Positions 50,208 through 58,786 of a stretch of DNA of 62,586 nucleotides are shown here, one piece after another; positions within the stretch are counted from its first letter, which is position 1; every line of letters starts with the position of its first letter. Both the position numbers and the translations under genes were made by a program. The DNA comes from Acidimicrobiia bacterium (lineage in GTDB: Bacteria > Actinomycetota > Acidimicrobiia > IMCC26256 > DASPTH01), in the NCBI GenBank assembly GCA_036502765.1, contig DASXXX010000047.1:1-62586 (forward strand). Reading direction: 5' to 3'. Under the pieces are notes generated by a model, which saw only the letters and a program-made list of their open reading frames with translations, had not been told where the DNA came from and did not search any database.

Positions 50208-50592
50208 GGCGGTTGCCTCCTTCGTGTTGGACGGGGTGTGCAGCGCGCGAGACGAACTCACTCGCGTTTCCGATGCGGCGTCGTAGCCGCAGGGTCAACT
50301 CGTCGACTGCGGCTTGCATCGTGGTTGCCACGGCTCCGGCGACGATCACTCTGCTGCTGCCGTCGAGGACCACTGCGCACTCTGCGATTGCCAACGGGCG
50401 CGGGTGGCTGACAGGTTCCGAAGTGAGGTGTGCGTGTGCGCAGTACCCCGCCGGCGCCGCATCATCGGAGACCCTGCGCAGCTCGTCGAGTGCATAGGTC
50501 CAGTCGAGCGCGGAGACCGCCCCGTTGAAGGTGGCCGTGACGACACGGTGCGACACCTGCGGACCGCTGCGACCGACACTGACCCTGTCCAT
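50191..50592 (-). CDS. HPF/RaiA (S30EA)-like small protein, tentative
   Basis: ATG 50592 with GAGGAGG upstream. Beta-alpha-beta-beta-beta-alpha-like pattern: VVTATFNGAVSALDWTYALDELRRV ... AIAECAVVLDGSSRVIVAGAVATTMQAAVDELTLRLRRRI. 17-nt overlap with the ppm1-like start. Confidence 0.4.
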   Translation of the reverse strand: MDRVSVGRSGPQVSHRVVTATFNGAVSALDWTYALDELRRVSDDAAPAGYCAHAHLTSEPVSHPRPLAIAECAVVLDGSSRVIVAGAVATTMQAAVDELTLRLRRRIGNASEFVSRAAHPVQHEGGNRHDRFR

Positions 50593-50844
50593 TGGTCCTC
50601 CTCGCGGCTGGCGCGACGACGTGTCACCGAGTGATCGAACCACCCAGCACACAGAGCGTCGCCCCTTGTCGGGACGTCTCGCATCGGGGAGGCCCTAGGC
50701 GATTGCCCCAGTCGTGCGCGCGCCGACGGCCGAGCTGCGGCGGAACTGTGGGCATGCCTGGTGCCTCCCGGATGCGAAGGCGGACCCCGACGAAGACAGT
50801 CGGGCTCGAGAACGCGATCCGCACTCGAGCGGAGGAGCCGAGCC

Positions 50845-52533
50845 GTGACGACCGCACTGGTCGAACTGAATCCGTGGCCCACATCGCGGCGGCCGAGGCG
50901 GTGGTCGGCGAGATCGTGGTTGTGGGCGCCGCTGATCGCGGGCGCGGCAGCGGTCGCGATCTGGCAGCTGGGGTTCCGCGGTTCCGACGTCCCGGCGCAG
51001 CTCTACTACGTCAGGGTGTTCCGCGCCCACGGGTGGGTGCTCTGGGACAACGGCTGGTACGGCGGCCACTTCCAGGTCTCGTACTCGGTCTTGTTTCCAC
51101 CCTTGGGCGCGAGCATCGGTGTGTACGGGGCGGCCTTGGTGTGCGCAGCTTCGTCGGCATGGGCGTTCGAGCGTCTCGTCGCCACTGCCTCTGGTCGACG
51201 CAACTTCGGACCCGGGATCCTGTTCGCGGCCGGGACGGCGGTCGCGGTAGCGATCGGTCAGTTGCCCTTCCTCGCCGGTGTCGCCGCCGGGTTGTTGGCA
51301 CTGTTGGCAGCGTCCCGGAATCGCACCGTCGTAGCGATCGTCTTCAGCGCGAGCTGCGCGCTGTTCAGCCAGATCGCCGGGGCGTTCCTCGTCCTCGCAA
51401 TCCTCTCGTGGGCGCTCACGAGTGCGGCAGGAGAACGCAGGAGGCTGTTCGTGCTCACTGGGGTCGCGGCGCTGCCGGTCCTCATGCAGAGCATCATGCT
51501 CCCCCACCTCGGACCGTTCCCGTTCATGGGTCCCGATCTCTTCGTCCTCGAGAGTGTGTGCGTCCTCGGAGTGATTGCGCTCCCGAAGGAGTATCGGGCT
51601 CTCCGCGTGGGGCTCGTGCTCTACGGCGCCACCGCGTTGGCGGTGTTCGTGGTGCCGAATCCCCTCGGGGGCAACGTGGGACGCGCCATCCTCTACTTCG
51701 CGCCAGCGTTGTTCGCGTTCCTTGGGACGCTTCCGGGGCGACGCGCGTTCGCGTTGCTCGTGCTTCCCCTCCTCGTCTGGCAGTACGTCCCGGCGCTGTC
51801 GTCGCTCCAGAGCGACAACTCGAGGCAGGCCAGCTACTACGCGCCTCTGGTGAAGTTCCTGACCAGCCAACCGACCATCGGTCGACTCGAGATCCCGTTC
51901 ACGAGCGCGCACTGGGAAGCGGCGTACGTGGCACCGCGCGTCCCACTCGCGCGAGGTTGGCTCCGCCAGCTCGACACCCTCGACAACCCCATCTTCTACG
52001 CGTCCGCATCGATCAACGCGACGAGCTACCACCAGTGGCTCCTGCGGAGCGGCGTCACCTGGGTCGCGCTCCCAGACGTCTCGCTGGACTACTCCGCGGC
52101 CGCGGAAGCCCACCTGTTGGAGCACGGTCAGCAGTACCTCCAGCTCGCATGGAACAACGCGCACTGGCGACTCTGGAAGGTCACCGACTCCCCGGGTCTG
52201 GTGAGCGGTCCCGCGCGCGTCGTCGCCCTCGGGCCGGATCACGTGACACTGGAAGCCACTGGCACCGGTCCCGCGCTCGTTCGCGTCCGCTACACGTCGC
52301 TGTGGCACATCGCCCGAGGCAGCGCCTGTCTGCGGTCGAACAGTCGACAGTGGACCAAGCTCATGATCCAACAGCCCGGACGCATCGAGCTCACGACGTC
52401 GCTGTTCGACACCGGCAACGACTGCACCGCGGCGCCATCGGAGCGTGCCCAACTCGCTCGACATGTGGCCACGCCAACAGCCGAGCCGCCCCACAGCGGT
52501 TCGTCAGAACATTCAGGCCAGCATGAACGGTGA
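50845..52533 (+). CDS. polytopic membrane protein with C-terminal extracytoplasmic domain (GT-C-like glycosyltransferase candidate)
   Basis: GTG 50845 with GGAGGAG upstream. ~10 hydrophobic segments, then a ~200-aa soluble domain. Family not identifiable by eye. Confidence 0.45.
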   Translation: MTTALVELNPWPTSRRPRRWSARSWLWAPLIAGAAAVAIWQLGFRGSDVPAQLYYVRVFRAHGWVLWDNGWYGGHFQVSYSVLFPPLGASIGVYGAALVCAASSAWAFERLVATASGRRNFGPGILFAAGTAVAVAIGQLPFLAGVAAGLLALLAASRNRTVVAIVFSASCALFSQIAGAFLVLAILSWALTSAAGERRRLFVLTGVAALPVLMQSIMLPHLGPFPFMGPDLFVLESVCVLGVIALPKEYRALRVGLVLYGATALAVFVVPNPLGGNVGRAILYFAPALFAFLGTLPGRRAFALLVLPLLVWQYVPALSSLQSDNSRQASYYAPLVKFLTSQPTIGRLEIPFTSAHWEAAYVAPRVPLARGWLRQLDTLDNPIFYASASINATSYHQWLLRSGVTWVALPDVSLDYSAAAEAHLLEHGQQYLQLAWNNAHWRLWKVTDSPGLVSGPARVVALGPDHVTLEATGTGPALVRVRYTSLWHIARGSACLRSNSRQWTKLMIQQPGRIELTTSLFDTGNDCTAAPSERAQLARHVATPTAEPPHSGSSEHSGQHER

Positions 52534-52643
52534 CGTTGCCACTCGCCGGGGCCGACGCAGGGGTGCTGTCCCCGAAGACACCAAGTGTCCGAAGCGCGAT
52601 CGTGCTCATGGATCCTCATCGAGGATCACGCGAGGAGCACACG

Positions 52644-55436
52644 ATGGGACCAAGGACCTGCCCTTCCGACCGAGGCGGACAAGCGTGTGACATGCCAGCG
52701 CGCTCTGCGACGCTTGCGATCGGACGGGACGAGGTGACGGAAGCCCTCAACGCCGCCGCAGCCGGTCACGGCAACGCGCTCATCGTGCGAGGCGAGGCCG
52801 GCCTCGGAAAGTCGACGCTGCTGCACGAGGCCGTCGTTGCAGCCGCCGGGTTCCGGGTCGCGACGGTCGCCGGCGAGCAGTTGGAGCAGGGTCTTTCGTA
52901 CGCCGGGCTCCACCGACTGTTCGTGACGATGCTCGACCGCATCGACACGCTGCCCGCTCCTCAGCGCAACGCTCTCGCTGCTGCGCTCGGCACGCGGGAG
53001 GGCATGATCGATCCGTTTCTCGTGGGGTTGGCCGTCATGGGTCTGCTGTCGGAGATGAGTGCGGGCGAACCGTTCCTCTGCGTCATCGACGACGCGCAGT
53101 GGATGGACGCGGCCTCGATGCAGGCGCTGGCGTTCGTCGCCCGTCGCCTCGGCACTGAACGCGTCGCGCTGATGTTCGGGGTCGTGGACACTGCCGACGA
53201 GCTCGCGGGCCTGCCCGAGGTGCTCCTGCGCCCACTCTCGGACGCCGACGCCCACGATCTGGTCGTCTCGGTTGTCCCGGGCCCACTCTGCCCACAGGTG
53301 GCCGATCGGATCGTCGAAGAGTCCCAGGGCAACCCGCGGGTGCTGCTCGCTCTGCTGCGCAGCTTCTCGCCAGAGCAACTCGCCGGCGGGTTCGGCCTGC
53401 CCGTCGCACTGCCGGCGGGCGATCCGCTCGTAGCTACCTTGCGCTCGCGGCTCGACGGTCTCGGTACGGACACGCGGGAACTGCTCCTCGTCGCCGCGGC
53501 GGAACCGGAAGGCGATCTGGCGCGGTTCTGGGGTGCGGTGGAACGCCTCGACCTCGATCACGCCGCGACTGATGAAGCAGTCGCCCTCGGGCTGCTCGGA
53601 TTCGGTACTCGAGTCACCTTCCTCCAGCCGCAGCTGCGTTCGCTCGTGTACCACGATGCCCTCCCGGCCGACCGGCGCGCAGTGCATCGAGCACTCGCTG
53701 GCACGACCGAGCCGGAGCAGGACGTCGACCGGCGCGCATGGCACGAAGGCCATGCCGCGCTGGGCATGGATGCGCCCGTCGCCGACGCGCTTGAACGTTC
53801 TGCGACGAATGCGCAAGTACTCGGAGGCTTCGCAGCTGCAGCCGCCTTCCTCGAGCGGTCGGCCCTGCTCACGTCCCACCCCGACCGCCGCGCGCAGCGC
53901 GCGCTCCTCGCCGCGCGCGCGAAGTTCGAGGCCGGATCGGTGGAGGCGGCCTCCCAGCTGCTCACCCTCGTGAACGAGACGTCGCTCGACCAGCTCGAGC
54001 ATGCACGACTCCAGCAACTTCGCGCCGAGGTGGTCGCGCAACGCCGCGGGAGCGAGGCTCCACCGTTGCTGCTCGACGTCGCCCGCGCACTCGAGCAGCT
54101 CGATGTCCAGCTCGCCCGCGACACGTACCTGCAGACACTCGAAGCCGCCCTCGTCGCCGGGCGACTCGGTGCCCACCGCCGCCTGGTCGAGGCTGCACTC
54201 GCGGGTCGAGGAACACCTCGCTCGAGCATCCCTTGCGGCGCCGACTGTCTGCTCGACGGTCTGGCGCTGCTGATCACGGACGGCCACTCGGCCGCCCAGC
54301 CGGCATTGCGGCGCGCGGTGCAGGCGTTTCGAAGCGAAGACGACACCCGCTGGCTCGGTCTCGCATGCCGCGCCGCGGCCGAGGTCTGGGACGCGGACGC
54401 GACGTTCGACCTCGCGACGCGGTGGACTCAGCTGAGCCGCGACACCGGTGCGCTGATCCACCTTCCGATGGCACTGAACTTCACCGCCGGCCTCCACGTC
54501 CATGCGGGTGAGTTCGAGACCGCCGCAGCACTCGTCGAGGAGGCAACCTCGATCGTGACGGCGACGGACCTCGCGCCGGTCTCGCACGGCGCTTTGGTCC
54601 TCGCCGCGTGGAGCGGTCGTGAGCTTCGAACGTCGGAACTGATCGAAGCGGCCAGGCGCGATGCGCTGACGACCACTGACGGACTCCTGCTCTCCCTCAC
54701 CGAGTACAGCGCCGCCGTGCTCGCGAACGGCCTCGGCCGATATCACGACGCGCTCGACGCGCTCCAGAGCTACGACGACCGCGACGGGCTCGTGTCGAAC
54801 TGGATCCTGCCCGAGCTCGTCGAGGCCGCGGTGCGGAGCGGAGAGCACGCGCTCGCCGCGTCGGCAGCCGAGGAGCTCACGGTGCGCACCGAGGCGGCTG
54901 GCACCGAATGGGCCCTCGGGTTCCAGGCGCGTTCCTCCGCACTGCTCACTGACGGCCCCGCGGCCGAGAAGCGTTACCGGGAAGCCATCGAGCGCTTCGG
55001 ACGCTGCCGGGCTTCTGGCCACCTCGCACGAGCGCACCTGCTGTACGGAGAGTGGCTCCGTCGCGAACGCCGACGCCTCGAAGCACGTGAGCAGCTTCGT
55101 CTCGCACGCGACATGTTCTCGACGATGGGCGCGGCCGCCTTCGCACAACGCGCGGAACGAGAGCTCTTCGCGACGGGCGAACGCGCACGTAGGCGAAGCG
55201 TCGAGACCGTGCGCCACCTCACGCCCCAGGAGCTGGAGATCGCGCGGTTGGCGAGCACCGGAGAGTCGAACCCCGAGATCGCCGTGCGGCTCTTCATCAG
55301 CGCACGCACCGTCGAGTACCACCTGCACAAGGTGTTCACGAAGCTCGACATCCGCTCGCGGACCCAACTCGCCGTCGCACTCGACGGTGACACCCGGTTG
55401 TCGCGGTCACCGAACGCAGGAGCAGCGCTGCGATGA
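52644..55436 (+). CDS. LAL/MalT-type large ATP-binding LuxR-family regulator
   Basis: Walker A GEAGLGKST, long helical-repeat middle section, C-terminal LuxR HTH LTPQELEIARLASTGESNPEIAVRLFISARTVEYHLHKVFTKL. Start at ATG 52644 (CGAGGAGC upstream) or 52692. Confidence 0.85.
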   Translation: MGPRTCPSDRGGQACDMPARSATLAIGRDEVTEALNAAAAGHGNALIVRGEAGLGKSTLLHEAVVAAAGFRVATVAGEQLEQGLSYAGLHRLFVTMLDRIDTLPAPQRNALAAALGTREGMIDPFLVGLAVMGLLSEMSAGEPFLCVIDDAQWMDAASMQALAFVARRLGTERVALMFGVVDTADELAGLPEVLLRPLSDADAHDLVVSVVPGPLCPQVADRIVEESQGNPRVLLALLRSFSPEQLAGGFGLPVALPAGDPLVATLRSRLDGLGTDTRELLLVAAAEPEGDLARFWGAVERLDLDHAATDEAVALGLLGFGTRVTFLQPQLRSLVYHDALPADRRAVHRALAGTTEPEQDVDRRAWHEGHAALGMDAPVADALERSATNAQVLGGFAAAAAFLERSALLTSHPDRRAQRALLAARAKFEAGSVEAASQLLTLVNETSLDQLEHARLQQLRAEVVAQRRGSEAPPLLLDVARALEQLDVQLARDTYLQTLEAALVAGRLGAHRRLVEAALAGRGTPRSSIPCGADCLLDGLALLITDGHSAAQPALRRAVQAFRSEDDTRWLGLACRAAAEVWDADATFDLATRWTQLSRDTGALIHLPMALNFTAGLHVHAGEFETAAALVEEATSIVTATDLAPVSHGALVLAAWSGRELRTSELIEAARRDALTTTDGLLLSLTEYSAAVLANGLGRYHDALDALQSYDDRDGLVSNWILPELVEAAVRSGEHALAASAAEELTVRTEAAGTEWALGFQARSSALLTDGPAAEKRYREAIERFGRCRASGHLARAHLLYGEWLRRERRRLEAREQLRLARDMFSTMGAAAFAQRAERELFATGERARRRSVETVRHLTPQELEIARLASTGESNPEIAVRLFISARTVEYHLHKVFTKLDIRSRTQLAVALDGDTRLSRSPNAGAALR

Positions 55437-56368
55437 TCCAGGCTCGAGGCTTGACCAAGCGCTACGGACCGACGGTCGCGGTCGATGATCTGTCGTTCGA
55501 CGTGTCGCCCGGTCGCGTGACCGGGTTCCTGGGCCCCAACGGTGCCGGGAAGAGCACGACCATGCGCCTCATCGTCGGACTCGACGCACCCACGGCCGGC
55601 GAGGTCTCGATCAACGGGCGGGCGTTCGCGCAGCACCGCTTCCCCGCCCGAGAGGTCGGTGCTCTCCTCGACGCGATGGCGCTGCATCCAGGGCGGCGCG
55701 CGGTCGATCATCTCTGGTCGTTGGCCCAGAGCAACCACATCCGACGGCACCGAGTCGACGAGGTCCTCGACGTCGTGGGGCTCACCGACGTGGCCGGTCG
55801 CCGCATCGGTCCCTTCTCCCTGGGGATGAAGCAACGTCTCGGAATCGCGGCGGTGTTGCTGGGCGATCCGGGCACGCTCCTCTTCGACGAGCCGGTGACC
55901 GGCCTCGATCCCGAAGGGATCGTCTGGATCCGCACCCTCTTCCACCGACTCGCTGCAGAAGGACGCACCGTCCTCGTGTCGAGCCACCTCATGAGCGAGA
56001 TGGCGCTGACCGCGCAACACCTGATCGTGATCGGACGGGGCAAGCTCCTCGCAGACGAGAGCATCGAGCGCATGATTGCCGCGGCCGGCTCCTCGGTGCG
56101 GGTCCGCTCGCCACAGCAGGCGGACCTGGGCCGGGTGCTCGAACACGAAGGTGCCACGACCCGCTCCGACGACGGTGCGCTCGTCGTCACCGGCCTCGAC
56201 GCTGCCGGCATCGGCGACCTCGCCGCCGCGCATCGCATCACGCTGCACGAGCTCTCCCCGCAACGCGCATCGCTCGAGGAAGCCTTCTTCGATCTCACCG
56301 AAGACAGCACCGAATACCAAGGTGCCGACATCACGTCCACACCTGCGACTCGCGAGGTCCTCCGATGA
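55433..56368 (+). CDS. ABC transporter ATP-binding protein
   Basis: GPNGAGKST, FSLGMKQRLG, LLFDEP. Start overlaps the LuxR stop. Confidence 0.9.
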   Translation: MIQARGLTKRYGPTVAVDDLSFDVSPGRVTGFLGPNGAGKSTTMRLIVGLDAPTAGEVSINGRAFAQHRFPAREVGALLDAMALHPGRRAVDHLWSLAQSNHIRRHRVDEVLDVVGLTDVAGRRIGPFSLGMKQRLGIAAVLLGDPGTLLFDEPVTGLDPEGIVWIRTLFHRLAAEGRTVLVSSHLMSEMALTAQHLIVIGRGKLLADESIERMIAAAGSSVRVRSPQQADLGRVLEHEGATTRSDDGALVVTGLDAAGIGDLAAAHRITLHELSPQRASLEEAFFDLTEDSTEYQGADITSTPATREVLR

Positions 56369-57225
56369 GCACCGCCGCCGCGTCCACCCCTCGACCCGCG
56401 CCCGAGTACGCACTCGACGCGTTCGCCGACTCGGAACGACGTGCGCGTCCTGCGGTGCTGCCATACGTCATGCGGTCGGAGTGGACGAAGCTCCGTTCCG
56501 TCCGTTCGACGGTCTGGTCGTTGTTGGCGACGTTCGGCATGACGGTCGGCCTCGGCGCCGTGTTCTCGTGGGCCTACGTCAATCGCTACAGCCAACAGAG
56601 CCTCGCTGACCGCCTCACCTTCGACCCGACTTCCCGCAGTCTCAGCGGCTTGTTCCTCGCCCAACTCGCGATCGGTGTGCTCGGTGTGCTCATCATGAGC
56701 TCCGAGTACGCCACCGGGTTGATCCGAGCCACCTTCATCGCGGTCCCCCAACGCCGCACCGTCCTCGGCGCCAAGGTCGCCGTCTTCGGCGCGGTGGCGC
56801 TGGTCGTGAACATGGTGTCGGTGTTCGTCGGGTTTCTCGTTGGCCAGGCCATCCTGAGCACCAAGAGCCTGGGTGTGTCGCTCGGCGATCCGGGCGTGCT
56901 CCGAGCAGTCGCCGGCGCCGGCGCGTACCTCACCTTCGTGGCGTTGCTCGGTCTCGGCATCGCCACCGTGCTCCGGCGCACCGCTGGTTCGATCGCCACG
57001 CTCGTCGGCTTCGTCCTCGTGCTCCCGCTCCTCGTCCAGGCCCTCCCGAGCCCGTGGAACCACGACATCGCGAAGTATCTGCCCAGCGAGATCGGCGACG
57101 CCCTCTACAGCGTTCGCTCCAGCCCCAACCACCTGTCACCCGCGGCGGCGCTGGGCGTCGCCGCGCTCTATCTCATCGCCACGTACTCCGGCGCAGCAGT
57201 ACTCATCACCCGACGCGACGCGTAG
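56365..57225 (+). CDS. ABC-2-type transporter permease
   Basis: SEWTKLRS and SSEYATGLIRATF motifs, six TM segments. Start overlaps the ATPase stop. Confidence 0.8.
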   Translation: MSTAAASTPRPAPEYALDAFADSERRARPAVLPYVMRSEWTKLRSVRSTVWSLLATFGMTVGLGAVFSWAYVNRYSQQSLADRLTFDPTSRSLSGLFLAQLAIGVLGVLIMSSEYATGLIRATFIAVPQRRTVLGAKVAVFGAVALVVNMVSVFVGFLVGQAILSTKSLGVSLGDPGVLRAVAGAGAYLTFVALLGLGIATVLRRTAGSIATLVGFVLVLPLLVQALPSPWNHDIAKYLPSEIGDALYSVRSSPNHLSPAAALGVAALYLIATYSGAAVLITRRDA

Positions 57226-57322
57226 CCCCCGCAGGCGCGACCGGGCCCACCAGGGCGTTGCGAATGCGCGTCCGCGCAACGCGACATTGCGAAGGATCCA
57301 CCGTGGAACGACGGGAGGTGTG

Positions 57323-58786
57323 ATGAGCAGAACTACAGGCTGGCCACCTGAGTCCACAGTCCACGGATTGGATCCGTTCCTCCTCGCGCCGCCGAGCCGC
57401 GCGCGGGAGATCCACCGCTCACACGGCGCCGGCGTACAACTCCGGCGCTGGTGGATGCTGACCACGATCGTGCTGGCCGGCGCGGTGCTTCGGCTCTGGG
57501 GGCTCGGTGCCCACCGCCTGGACTTCGACGAGGCCTTCACCGCCATGGCCGGTCGCCTCCCGCTCCGCGGCCTGTTCGACTACCTCCGGGTACGGGACTC
57601 GCACCCGCCGCTCGACTACCTGCTCCATGCGCCACTCGCACGCGCCGGCGTCGATGAATTCCTGTTCCGCCTGCCATCGGCAGTCTGCTCGATCGGTGCC
57701 GTCGCGCTGTTCGCCTGGTGGATGCGCCGCCGCGGCTTCTCCGGGATCGTGGCGACGGGCCTGCTCGCCGTGAGTGCCTTCCAGCTCACACATGGACGCG
57801 AAGCTCGCATGTACGCAGAAATGGAGCTCATCGGCGTCGGGGTGGCGGTGCTCGCCGAATCATGGCTGCGCCGACCGCGACGTTGGCACGCGGCCGTGTT
57901 GGCCGCGCTCGTGTTCGTGGGGCTGCTCACGCACGTCTCGATGTTCCTGCTCGGCGCCGGTCTCGTCGTGCTTGCAGGTCGGCGCACGGATCGTGACGCA
58001 TGGCGTTGGCGTCTCGCCCTCGGGGCGGGTGCGGTCGGCTGGGCTGTGCTGTGGGGCTCATCGTTCCTCGTTCAGAGCCGGGGCGGCCATTCGGACTGGA
58101 TTCCGCGCACGACCTTCGACGGCATGATCCACACCTTCGGTCGCCTGGTGACGTACCAACCTGCGCTCCACGTGTTCGTGCTGGCGGCAGTTGCCGCAGG
58201 CGCAGTCCTCCTGGTGCGCGCCGACCGGCAGCTCGGCCGAGTCTGGTTGTGCTGCGTCCTCGTTCCTGCCGCACTGGCCGCGCTGACGGGAACGGTCGCG
58301 CCGGTGCTGCTTGATCGGACGTTGACAGTGGTGTCGTGGGGTCCGCTGCTGGCGCTGGGCGTGCTGGTGGACGCGGCCGCGTCCCGTTCACGACTGCTCG
58401 GCGCGATCGTGGTCCTCGTGCTCGTCGCGGTGATGGTCCCGCCCGCGATCCACGCGGTGACCGAGCCGTCCGCCCCGGACCGGGTGCTGCGCCACGTCGA
58501 AGCGGTCACCGGTCCCGGTGATGTCGTCGCGATCCACCCCGGCGGACGCCTCCACGAGCTCCTCTGGTCCGTCGGTGTCCGAGACAGCCAGCCCTACCAG
58601 CCGGTCTCCCTGGTGGGGTTCGGAGACAGCACCGGATTCGTGCTCAGTCCGGACGCGCCTCGAACCGGCCACCTCTGGATTCTCGACTGGACGAAGCACG
58701 CTCTCCCCGTTCCGACACTGCCGAGGTGCGCACCCGACTGGTCCGGCGGCGGCGCACGCTTGTACTGCCTCGTCGGTGGTCACTAG
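57323..58786 (+). CDS. GT39/PMT_2 (ArnT-like) polyprenyl-phosphate-sugar-dependent glycosyltransferase
   Basis: ATG 57323 with GGGAGG upstream. LDFDEAFTAMAGR (DE motif in the first loop), DSHPPLDYLL, many TM segments. Confidence 0.65.
   Translation: MSRTTGWPPESTVHGLDPFLLAPPSRAREIHRSHGAGVQLRRWWMLTTIVLAGAVLRLWGLGAHRLDFDEAFTAMAGRLPLRGLFDYLRVRDSHPPLDYLLHAPLARAGVDEFLFRLPSAVCSIGAVALFAWWMRRRGFSGIVATGLLAVSAFQLTHGREARMYAEMELIGVGVAVLAESWLRRPRRWHAAVLAALVFVGLLTHVSMFLLGAGLVVLAGRRTDRDAWRWRLALGAGAVGWAVLWGSSFLVQSRGGHSDWIPRTTFDGMIHTFGRLVTYQPALHVFVLAAVAAGAVLLVRADRQLGRVWLCCVLVPAALAALTGTVAPVLLDRTLTVVSWGPLLALGVLVDAAASRSRLLGAIVVLVLVAVMVPPAIHAVTEPSAPDRVLRHVEAVTGPGDVVAIHPGGRLHELLWSVGVRDSQPYQPVSLVGFGDSTGFVLSPDAPRTGHLWILDWTKHALPVPTLPRCAPDWSGGGARLYCLVGGH

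Noticed and set aside
52626-55367. 913-aa minus-strand ORF
   Set aside because: Antisense to the LAL/LuxR regulator, which has a Walker A motif and a canonical LuxR HTH. Shadow ORF.
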